In this document: piece by piece, positions 7,519 through 15,797 of the stretch
How positions within the stretch are numbered: the first letter of the stretch is position 1
Layout: every line of letters starts with the position of its first letter
Origin: Nitrospirota bacterium
Lineage (GTDB): Bacteria > Nitrospirota > Nitrospiria > 2-01-FULL-66-17
NCBI GenBank assembly: GCA_049325335.1
Contig: JBMOMC010000001.1
Span: forward strand, 64,001-128,000
Direction of reading: 5' to 3'
DNA: 64,000 nucleotides
Notes under the pieces: generated by a model
What the model was told of the DNA's origin: nothing
The model's database searches: none
Seen by the model: the letters and a program-made list of their open reading frames with translations, nothing else
Made by a program: the position numbers and the translations under genes

Positions 7519-8985
7519 TTACGGCCCGACGAGGCCGGCGAAAAGCGACGCGGAGGAAACCGCCCACTCGATGAACGGGCCGGGGTAGATGCCGAGGATC
7601 ACGGTGCCGGCGAGCGTGGCGAGGACCACGGCCTGCATGGACGCGGAGACCGGGATCGGGCGGCGGTCCGTGGGTTCGTTGATGTACATCTTCTTGACGA
7701 TGACGATGTAGTAGTACATCGAGATCACGATGTTGACCAACCCCACACACACCAACGCGATCAAACCTTGTTTCATGGCCGCGGCGAACACGTAGATCTT
7801 GGCGATAAAACCCGCGAACGGCGGCACGCCCGCCAGCGAGAGCAGAAAGACCAGCATCGCGGCGGCCAGGAACGGCGCGCGGCGGGCGAGACCACGATAG
7901 TCGTCGATCTTGTCGCTGCCGGTGAGGTTCGAGAAGACGATCACCACCGCGAACGCGCCCACGTTGGCCATCAGATACGCCAGCAGGTAAAAGAGCACCG
8001 CGTTGCCGCCCATTTGGCTCCCGGCGGCCAAGCCAATCAGGATATTGCCCATCTGCGCGATGCCGGAGTACGCAAGCATGCGCTTGATGTCAGTCTGCGC
8101 GATGGCCACGATGTTGCCGTAGGTCATGGACAGGGCCGCCATGCCGATCAACAACCACACCCACTCCGGCTTGAACTGCGCGAAGGTGGAGAAGAACACG
8201 CGCAGCACGATGGCCAGGGCCGCGGCCTTGGGCGCGATACCGAGGTACGCGGTGATCGGCGTGGGCGCGCCCTGATAAATGTCGGGAATCCAGTTGTGGA
8301 ACGGCACCGCGCCGAGCTTAAAGCCCAATCCCACGACCAGGCACAGAAAGCCGATGACCAGGCCGCCGGTCAGCACCGGCTTGGCCGCCGCGATCTCCGG
8401 GAAGATGATGGTCCCGGTTTCGCCGTAGATCAGGCTGATCCCGAAGACCATGATCGCGGCGGTGAACACGCTCAGCACGAAGAACTTCAGGCCCGCTTCG
8501 CTCGAGAACAGATTGTCTTCGCGCAGATACGCCACCAGGATATAGAACCCGAACGTGGAGAACTCGATGGTGATGAACATGGTCAGCAAATCGTTGGCGG
8601 AGGCCATGAACAACATGCCCAACGCAGACAGCAGGACCATGAGGTAATACTCGCCGCGGAACAGGACGATCCGCTTGATGTAGTCGAGCGAGGCCAGCAC
8701 GATCAGGATCGTGGACAGCACCACGATGATCTTGAAGAACACGGCGAACGGGTCGAGTACGAACGTCTGCTTGAACAACGCACCCTGCACGTCGTTGCCC
8801 CACATCCACGCCAGGCTCGCGAGCACGCCGCACAACCCGACCACGGTCACCCACGCGAGCGTGTTCTTGCTGACCTTGGGAAAACTGAAGTCCACGACCA
8901 GGACCACGCAGATCAGTCCCAGAAGGAGCAGCTCCGGAAGCAGGAACAGTAGGTCGCCCCATGTAAACGCGAGCGTAAATTCCAT
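7519..8985 (-). CDS. nuoN: NADH-quinone oxidoreductase subunit N
   Basis: EAGLKFF, FKLGAVPFH.W.PD.YQGAP, KRMLAYS, SLAGVPP. Confidence 0.96.
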   Translation of the reverse strand: MEFTLAFTWGDLLFLLPELLLLGLICVVLVVDFSFPKVSKNTLAWVTVVGLCGVLASLAWMWGNDVQGALFKQTFVLDPFAVFFKIIVVLSTILIVLASLDYIKRIVLFRGEYYLMVLLSALGMLFMASANDLLTMFITIEFSTFGFYILVAYLREDNLFSSEAGLKFFVLSVFTAAIMVFGISLIYGETGTIIFPEIAAAKPVLTGGLVIGFLCLVVGLGFKLGAVPFHNWIPDIYQGAPTPITAYLGIAPKAAALAIVLRVFFSTFAQFKPEWVWLLIGMAALSMTYGNIVAIAQTDIKRMLAYSGIAQMGNILIGLAAGSQMGGNAVLFYLLAYLMANVGAFAVVIVFSNLTGSDKIDDYRGLARRAPFLAAAMLVFLLSLAGVPPFAGFIAKIYVFAAAMKQGLIALVCVGLVNIVISMYYYIVIVKKMYINEPTDRRPIPVSASMQAVVLATLAGTVILGIYPGPFIEWAVSSASLFAGLVGP

Positions 8986-8986
8986 G

Positions 8987-10603
8987 CTATCCCCCGCCTC
9001 CCGCCGAGGCCACCGCCCCGGCGGAGTGGATCTGCTCCAAAATCGGCTGCATGCCCGCGCTGATCACGTGGATGAATTGGGTGGGGAAAAGGCCGAAAAA
9101 GATCGCGAAACTGATCATAATCAGGATCGGCACACGATCCACCAATTTGGCGTCATGGGCGTGCTCCCACTTGGGATCCATGCCGCCGAGAAACAGGCCG
9201 ATGAACATGCGCAGCAGGTATCCGAGCGTGATGGTGATGCCGACCACCGCGATCACCACCTGGACCGGGTACTGGTCCCAGCTCCCGACGAACACCATCA
9301 ACTCGCCGATGAAGTTGACCGTGCCCGGCAGCCCCACCGAGGCCATGAGCCCCACCACGAACGCGCCCATGATGAACGGCATCTTCTTGCCGAGCCCACC
9401 GAGCGACGGGATATCCCTGGTGTGCGTCTGGTCGTACACATAGCCGGCCATGGAGAAGAGCATGCCGGTGGCGAGCGCGTGCGCGAACATATAGAGCACG
9501 GCGCCGGTCATGCTGATCATGTTGAGCGCGGCCATGCCCAGGAAGATGTAGCCCATGTGGCTGGAGCTGGAATAGCCGATCACGTACTTGGTGTCGCGCT
9601 GGAAAAACGCGACCAGTCCGCCGTAGATGATCGAGAACACGCACAGGATCGCGATCAGCCACGCCCACTCGGCCGTGGTCTGGGGGAACAACCAGTACCC
9701 CACGCGGATGATCGAGAAATGCCCCAGCTTCATCAACACGCCCGCGTGCAGCATGGATACCGCGGCGGGCGCGGCCGCGTGGCCCACCGGCGACCACGAG
9801 TGCATGGGCCACAAGGGCGCGATCGACGCGAACCCGAAGAACAACATCAGCCAGATCGCGCTGCGCATCACCGGGGAGAACTTGTCTTCGTGGCCTTGCA
9901 GCTCGATCAGGTTGAACGTGTTCAGCCCGGTGCCTACGTAGGTCAGGAAGATGCCCAACAATGCCACCACGGCCCCGGCCGACAGGAACAACGTCAGCTT
10001 CATGGCCGCGTACTCTTTACTATTGGAGCCGAAGTTGAAGATAAAGCCCACGGAGTCGCGCTTGGCCGTGTCCTTCATCTCCAGGTAGCCCTTAGTGTGG
10101 CTGCCCCAGATACCCAGCAGCGGGTACATCGGCACCACGGACATTTCATAGAAGAAGTACAGGAAGAACAGATCGAGCGAGACATAGACGCCGATGGTGG
10201 CGGACGCGAGAATCAGCAGGAAGATGTAGAACTCGCGCGCGCGGTCCTCGATATGCCACGACACGAACACCCCGGCGAACAGCAATAATGACGAAGCCAG
10301 CACCAACGGCACGGACATGCCGTCCACGCCCAGGAAGAACGAGATTCCTATGTCCTTGGACCACTCGTACTGTTCGAGGAACTGAAACTGCGCCGACCCC
10401 GTCGCGTAGTTGAACGCGTACAGCAGGTAGATCGACGCGGCGAACGACACCCCGCTCGCGCCAGCCGCGATCCCGCGAATGGCCGCGAGGTTCTTGCCGT
10501 CCACGAACAGCAGCACCGCCGCGCCCACGAACGGTGCGAATAGAATGATCGACAACAGGTGCGGGTCGACGATCGACGCCAGATACTGGCTGATGGCGAG
10601 CAT
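8987..10603 (-). CDS. nuoM: NADH-quinone oxidoreductase subunit M, second copy with a loop insertion
   Basis: LGVDGMS, FYE, P.HSW.P.GHAAAP, KLG, GLPG..NFIGEL. Confidence 0.92.
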   Translation of the reverse strand: MLAISQYLASIVDPHLLSIILFAPFVGAAVLLFVDGKNLAAIRGIAAGASGVSFAASIYLLYAFNYATGSAQFQFLEQYEWSKDIGISFFLGVDGMSVPLVLASSLLLFAGVFVSWHIEDRAREFYIFLLILASATIGVYVSLDLFFLYFFYEMSVVPMYPLLGIWGSHTKGYLEMKDTAKRDSVGFIFNFGSNSKEYAAMKLTLFLSAGAVVALLGIFLTYVGTGLNTFNLIELQGHEDKFSPVMRSAIWLMLFFGFASIAPLWPMHSWSPVGHAAAPAAVSMLHAGVLMKLGHFSIIRVGYWLFPQTTAEWAWLIAILCVFSIIYGGLVAFFQRDTKYVIGYSSSSHMGYIFLGMAALNMISMTGAVLYMFAHALATGMLFSMAGYVYDQTHTRDIPSLGGLGKKMPFIMGAFVVGLMASVGLPGTVNFIGELMVFVGSWDQYPVQVVIAVVGITITLGYLLRMFIGLFLGGMDPKWEHAHDAKLVDRVPILIMISFAIFFGLFPTQFIHVISAGMQPILEQIHSAGAVASAGGGG

Positions 10604-12225
10604 CAGGGCGCTCCCTCACCATCGCCGTGCGCCGCGGGCACGGACTCGGGCGGCGCCTGGTGCGGGTTCAGGCTCGCGTCAAGCGGCATGGACATCTGTC
10701 CCGGGGGTTGGAGCCTCGCGTGCAATGCCTCGACCGAGCCGTTGATCCGGTGCAGGAACGGCGACGGATAGACCCCAATCCAGAACACCAACGCCACCAA
10801 CGGCAGCGTGATCGCCAGTTCCCGACGGTTCAGATCCGGCAGCCGCTCGTTGATCGGGTTGGTTACGGGCCCGAAGATCGCGCGCTCGTAAAACCACAAC
10901 ATGTACGCCGCGCCCAGGATCACCCCTAGCACGCCGACCGCGCCGTACACCCAGTGCGCCTTGAACGCGCCCAGCAGGATCAGGAACTCGCCGATAAACC
11001 CGTTGGTACCCGGCAGCCCGATCGACGAGAAGATCATGATCAAGAAGAACGTGGCCAACAACGGCATGGTCTTGGCCAGACCGCCGAACTCCGCAATAGT
11101 CAACGTTCGACGACGCGTATAGAGAAATCCCGCGAAGAAGAACAGGCCGGCGGTGCTGATCCCGAGGTTGATCATCTGGATCAACCCGCCCTGGATACCT
11201 TGGTACGTGAGCGCGAAGATGCCGACGGCCACGTATCCCAGGTGGCTGATCGACGAATACGCCAAAAGCTTTCGGAAATCGGCCTGCATGATCGCGATGT
11301 ACGCGCCGTACAGAATCCCGATTAGCCCCAGCCACATCATGATCGGCAGCGCGGCGCGGGCCGCGTCCGGCGCCAGCGGGATCGAGTAGCGCACGAACCC
11401 GAAGGTGCCGAGTTTGACCCCGGCCAGGATCACGCTCATGGCGATCGGTCCGGAGTACAACGCGTTGGGCATCCAGGTGTGGAACGGAATGATGGGCGTC
11501 TTGAACGCGAACCCGAAGAACAGAAACACAAAGACGGCGATCTGCACCTCGAGCGGCATGAAGGCGCGCGTGCGCATCAGGTCCAGCAGATCGAACGACA
11601 GCGCGGACCCCATGCCGTGGAACGACGCGAAGTTCCAGTGCTGGAGGTACAAGATCACGATGCCCACCAACATCAGCACGCTGCCGAGCAATGTGTAGAC
11701 CACGTATTTGACCGCCGCGTACTCGCGCCCTTCCGTGCCCCAAAGCCGGATCATGAAGTACGACGGGACCAGCATCAACTCCCAGAACACGAAGAACAAC
11801 ACCATGTCCAGCGACACGAATACGCCGAGCATGGTGGTTTGCAGCGCAAACAGGGCCATCAAGAACCCGCGGACCCGCTCCGTGATCACGCCGTAGGAGT
11901 AGCCCAGGATCAACAGGCCCAGCAACGTGGTCAACACCACGAACAACATACTGATGCCGTCCACGCCCACGTGGTAGCTGATGCCGATGCTGGGAATCCA
12001 CTGGTACTGTTCCACGAACTGCAGGGCCGAGGAATCGAGCGTGAACGCGGTAAACAACGGGATGCTGACCAGAAAATCCACGGCCGCCACCGCGAACCCC
12101 ACCTTCCACGCCAAGGCCTCGTCGCGCAATATCCAGATCACCAGCGCCCCCAGCAACGGGAGGAACGTGACGATGGTGAGGATCGGAAACCCGATCTGCT
12201 GATCCGCGAAGACCTGTTCCATCAT
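10603..12225 (-). CDS. nuoM: NADH-quinone oxidoreductase subunit M, first copy
   Basis: VGVDGIS, FWELM, FKTP..PFHTW, LLAYSSISH; ATG at 12225 overlaps the nuoL stop. Confidence 0.95.
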   Translation of the reverse strand: MMEQVFADQQIGFPILTIVTFLPLLGALVIWILRDEALAWKVGFAVAAVDFLVSIPLFTAFTLDSSALQFVEQYQWIPSIGISYHVGVDGISMLFVVLTTLLGLLILGYSYGVITERVRGFLMALFALQTTMLGVFVSLDMVLFFVFWELMLVPSYFMIRLWGTEGREYAAVKYVVYTLLGSVLMLVGIVILYLQHWNFASFHGMGSALSFDLLDLMRTRAFMPLEVQIAVFVFLFFGFAFKTPIIPFHTWMPNALYSGPIAMSVILAGVKLGTFGFVRYSIPLAPDAARAALPIMMWLGLIGILYGAYIAIMQADFRKLLAYSSISHLGYVAVGIFALTYQGIQGGLIQMINLGISTAGLFFFAGFLYTRRRTLTIAEFGGLAKTMPLLATFFLIMIFSSIGLPGTNGFIGEFLILLGAFKAHWVYGAVGVLGVILGAAYMLWFYERAIFGPVTNPINERLPDLNRRELAITLPLVALVFWIGVYPSPFLHRINGSVEALHARLQPPGQMSMPLDASLNPHQAPPESVPAAHGDGEGAP

Positions 12226-14213
12226 CGCTGCGCCATCAAACTGGACACGTCGCCCCCGGTCCACCACCAGAACACGTACGCCAAAATCGCGAGACCGATG
12301 ACGATGATCAGCGCGTAGTGGTGCACGAACCCGGTCTGGAGCCGGCGGAACGCGCGCGCGCCCAAGTGGTTCGAGTAGCCGATCACGTTCAAGAACGCGT
12401 ACAGCACGTATTTCTCGATCCAGGTGGAGAGCCACGCTCCACCCTGCGCGGTGGTAGCCACGCCCCGCACCAGGCCGTCGATCACCGTGTTGTCGAACCA
12501 GGCCCAGGCCTGGCTCACACGTTTGGACGGCTCGACCACCAACCAATCGTACAGTTCATCCACCCAGTACTTGTTGAGCAGCAGCCGGTGCGCGCTCCGA
12601 TACTTCTCGCCCCAGGCCTGAGCCATGTCTGGCCTGCGCACGTACATGCTGTACGCGAGCCACCACCCGGCGATCGCAATGAGCACCGACGCGCCCATCA
12701 ACACAATGTCCACCATGCCGAAATGGTGCGCTTCCCCGCCGTGCGGTGCGGCCACCGGCGCGAGGAAGTGGTGGAGCAGGCCGCTTTCCGGGGGCACCCC
12801 GAGGACCAGGCCGCCCAGCAGGGACAGGCCGGCGAGGATCATCAACGGCACGGTCATGACTTTTGGCGACTCGTGCACGTGGTGCGCCACGTGCGGATCC
12901 ATCCGCGTGGTGCCGGTGAACGTCAGGTAGAACAGACGGAACATGTAGAACGACGTCAGGAACGCGCCGGTCATGCCGATCAACCACAACACCTGATGAT
13001 CGCCCTTGTACGCCATGCCCAGAATTTCGTCCTTGCTCCAGAATCCCGCCAACGGCGGCAGGCCCGCGATCGCGACCGTGCCGACCAGGAACGTGGCCGT
13101 AGTGACCGGAATTTCGGCCTTCAACCCGCCCATCTTGCGAATGTCCTGCTCCCCACCCAGTGCGTGGATGACGCTGCCCGATCCGAGGAACAGGAGCGCC
13201 TTAAAAAATGCGTGCGTGACCAAGTGAAAGATCGCCGCGGTGTACGCGCCCACCCCGCAGCCCAGGAACATGTACCCGAGCTGACTGACCGTGGAGTATG
13301 CGAGCACGCGTTTGATGTCGGTCTGCACCAGGCCGATGGTGGCGGCAAAGATCGCGGTGATCCCGCCGATCACCCCCACCACCGCCAACGCGGTGGGCGC
13401 CAGGTCGTAGATCGCGTGGTTGCGGACGACCATGTACACGCCCGCCGTAACCATGGTGGCGGCGTGGATGAGCGCGCTGACCGGCGTGGGACCTTCCATC
13501 GCGTCCGGCAACCATGTGTACAACGGAATCTGCGCGGATTTGCCGATCGCGCCGATGAACAGGCACAGGGCAATCGCGGTAGCCATGCCCTCGGAGAGTT
13601 CGTGCGCACGGTCGAAAACTTCCACATAATTGAGCGTGCCGAATTCCTGGATGACCAGGAAGATCGCGATCAAAAACCCCGCATCCCCGATTCGGTTCAC
13701 CACGAACGCCTTGGTGCCCGCTTTGACGGCCGAGGGCTTGTCGAAGTAGTATGCGATCAACAGGTACGAACACAGGCCCACGCCCTCCCACCCGATGAAC
13801 AGGACCAGGAAGTTGTCCCCCATCACCAGCAGGAGCATGGAGACCATGAACAGGTTCAGGTACGTGAAGAACCGGTAGTACCCCGGGTCCCCGTGCATGT
13901 AGCCGATCGAATAGATGTGGATCAGCAACCCCACGCCCGTCACCACCATCAGCATCACGGCCGAAAGCGGGTCGATCAGAAATCCGAGATGGATGTCCAA
14001 TCCGCCGCCGAAGATCCACGAATACACCGGCACGGAAATCGGCGAGTCGCCGCCCATGACGCGCAGCAACAACGAGATCGACAACACGAACGCGATCGCC
14101 ACCGACCCGACCGCGAAATAGTGTGACGCCTCTTTGAGGTACTTGCGGCCGAACAGGCTGTTGACCAGAACGGCCAACAACGGAAGCAAGGGAATGAGAA
14201 CGACAGAAAGCAT
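12222..14213 (-). CDS. nuoL: NADH-quinone oxidoreductase subunit L with an extended lateral helix
   Basis: GWEGVGLCSY, KSAQ.PL.TWLPDAMEGPTPVSALIHAATM, FKALLFL. Confidence 0.97.
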   Translation of the reverse strand: MLSVVLIPLLPLLAVLVNSLFGRKYLKEASHYFAVGSVAIAFVLSISLLLRVMGGDSPISVPVYSWIFGGGLDIHLGFLIDPLSAVMLMVVTGVGLLIHIYSIGYMHGDPGYYRFFTYLNLFMVSMLLLVMGDNFLVLFIGWEGVGLCSYLLIAYYFDKPSAVKAGTKAFVVNRIGDAGFLIAIFLVIQEFGTLNYVEVFDRAHELSEGMATAIALCLFIGAIGKSAQIPLYTWLPDAMEGPTPVSALIHAATMVTAGVYMVVRNHAIYDLAPTALAVVGVIGGITAIFAATIGLVQTDIKRVLAYSTVSQLGYMFLGCGVGAYTAAIFHLVTHAFFKALLFLGSGSVIHALGGEQDIRKMGGLKAEIPVTTATFLVGTVAIAGLPPLAGFWSKDEILGMAYKGDHQVLWLIGMTGAFLTSFYMFRLFYLTFTGTTRMDPHVAHHVHESPKVMTVPLMILAGLSLLGGLVLGVPPESGLLHHFLAPVAAPHGGEAHHFGMVDIVLMGASVLIAIAGWWLAYSMYVRRPDMAQAWGEKYRSAHRLLLNKYWVDELYDWLVVEPSKRVSQAWAWFDNTVIDGLVRGVATTAQGGAWLSTWIEKYVLYAFLNVIGYSNHLGARAFRRLQTGFVHHYALIIVIGLAILAYVFWWWTGGDVSSLMAQR

Positions 14214-14236
14214 CTAAGTGCGGGGGCGGACGGACA

Positions 14237-14542
14237 TCACCATTTCAATAGATTGATTTGATCGACATTCGTGGCGATCTTGCCGCGGAAAATGACCACG
14301 ATAATCGCGAGTCCCACCGCGGCTTCGCCCGCCGCGATCGCGATCGTGAACAAGGCCACCATCTGGCCGGTGAGCGAGTGCAGGTGGTGCGAGAACGCCA
14401 CCAGGTTCAGGTTCGCGGCGTTGAGCATCATTTCCACGGCCATGAGCACGATGATGAAGTTGCGTCGGATCAACACGCCCAGCAGTCCGAGGGAGAAGAT
14501 GATCGTGCTGACCACGAGGTAATGAGTGAGCGTGATCTCCAT
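14237..14542 (-). CDS. nuoK: NADH-quinone oxidoreductase subunit K
   Basis: RRN...LMAVEMMLNA, AAGEAAVGLAI. Confidence 0.97.
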   Translation of the reverse strand: MEITLTHYLVVSTIIFSLGLLGVLIRRNFIIVLMAVEMMLNAANLNLVAFSHHLHSLTGQMVALFTIAIAAGEAAVGLAIIVVIFRGKIATNVDQINLLKW

Positions 14543-15162
14543 CAGTGGCCGTGGCCTCCGTGGTGCGCCCCCACGGTTTCCACCGGCGCCTCGGGCTCGG
14601 GACCCGGCGCGCCGTTGCCATTGCCCGCGTCGGTCGCGGAAGGCTCAGCCGGGCGGCCCGCCATCGCGGGCGTCTTGGCGAGCACGATCGCGCCCACGAT
14701 CGCGGCCAACAAATAGATGCCGATCAACTCGAACGGCAACAGGTAGTCCCGGAACATCACGATGCCGATGGCCTTGGTCTGGCCCACGCCCAACACCACT
14801 TCGGGCGTGGCCTCGCCGGTCAGCCCGGCGTACGGCGAGCGTAATAGGAGCACGGCCGCCTGCGCGATGATGGCGATCGTGATCAAGCCGATCCCGATGT
14901 AGCGCTTGTGAAAGACGCGCTCGTCGGTCTTGAGGTTCAATAGCATGATCACGAACAGGTACAGGACCAGGATCGCGCCCGCGTACACGATCACCTGCAC
15001 CGCGGCGATGAACTCCGCGTTGAGCAACACGAAGAACCCGGCCATATGCACGAGCATCGCCACCAGCGCCAGCCCGCAGTGCACGGGGCTGCGCAGCGTA
15101 ATGGTCAACACGCCGGACACGATGGTCACCGCGGCAAGGTAATAAAACGCGAGCGCGGTCAC
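14542..15162 (-). CDS. nuoJ: NADH-quinone oxidoreductase subunit J
   Basis: AEF.AAVQVIVYAGAILVLYLFVIMLL, YLLPFE. Confidence 0.96.
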   Translation of the reverse strand: MTALAFYYLAAVTIVSGVLTITLRSPVHCGLALVAMLVHMAGFFVLLNAEFIAAVQVIVYAGAILVLYLFVIMLLNLKTDERVFHKRYIGIGLITIAIIAQAAVLLLRSPYAGLTGEATPEVVLGVGQTKAIGIVMFRDYLLPFELIGIYLLAAIVGAIVLAKTPAMAGRPAEPSATDAGNGNGAPGPEPEAPVETVGAHHGGHGH

Positions 15163-15167
15163 TCCGA

Positions 15168-15719
15168 TCAGCCCTTCCTCGACGGCGCGTGGGGGAATTT
15201 ATAGCGATACTGCCGGGCGGCCTCGTCGCTCTCCTCCTGGTGATGGGACACCAGGTAGCTCTTGGCCTCGGCGTGGAGTTGATCGCCGATCTGATAGAGC
15301 CGGTCCTTATCGAACATCAAATCGCGCTTGTTCATGGTGGAGAACTCGTACATCTTGGTCATGGCCAACGCGTTGACCGGACAAGCCTCCACACAAAATC
15401 CGCAAAACACGCACTTGGTGATGTCGATGTAAAATTCGGTCGCGATCCGGGTCAGCGGGGTCACGGGGTCTTCCTCGCTCACGACCTTAATGCAACGCGA
15501 GGGACACGCTGCTTCGCACAGATCGCACCCCACGCAGCGATCCTTGCCGTCCTCGTACCGCAACAGGCACAACGCGCCACGATGGGTGTCCGGGATCGCG
15601 CGCTTCTCGTGCGGGTACTGGAACGTCACGGGCTTGACGAACATGTGCTTGAACGTGGTCTTCATCCCGTCCAAAATTTCGCGCAGCACCGCCTTATCGA
15701 ACAGTTCCTTGAGCGTCAT
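15168..15719 (-). CDS. nuoI: NADH-quinone oxidoreductase subunit I
   Basis: Two CxxCxxCxxxCP motifs; T.QYP.EK. Confidence 0.96.
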   Translation of the reverse strand: MTLKELFDKAVLREILDGMKTTFKHMFVKPVTFQYPHEKRAIPDTHRGALCLLRYEDGKDRCVGCDLCEAACPSRCIKVVSEEDPVTPLTRIATEFYIDITKCVFCGFCVEACPVNALAMTKMYEFSTMNKRDLMFDKDRLYQIGDQLHAEAKSYLVSHHQEESDEAARQYRYKFPHAPSRKG

Positions 15720-15753
15720 GCGTTCTCTATCGGTTGACCGATCTTCCGCCTTC

Positions 15754-15780
15754 GTAGGGGCGTATGGCCATACGCCCGCC
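15754..15780 (+). repeat. GTAG-type REP palindrome
   Basis: gtaggggcgtatggccatacgccc; same family as 30409, 38203 and 50080. Confidence 0.8.
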
Positions 15781-15797
15781 TTGGTCCGACCACGTCC

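Noticed and set aside
10603..12546. ORF-track N-terminal extensions of nuoM (also proS to 38542, cdsA to 42882, modC from 62410, arsS from 24299)
   Set aside because: They overlap upstream genes; better starts coincide with stop-start coupling and family N-termini.
7465..14126. Long plus-strand ORFs (7465..8952, 8711..10288, 12318..14126)
   Set aside because: Antisense shadows of high-GC nuo membrane genes; no family motifs.
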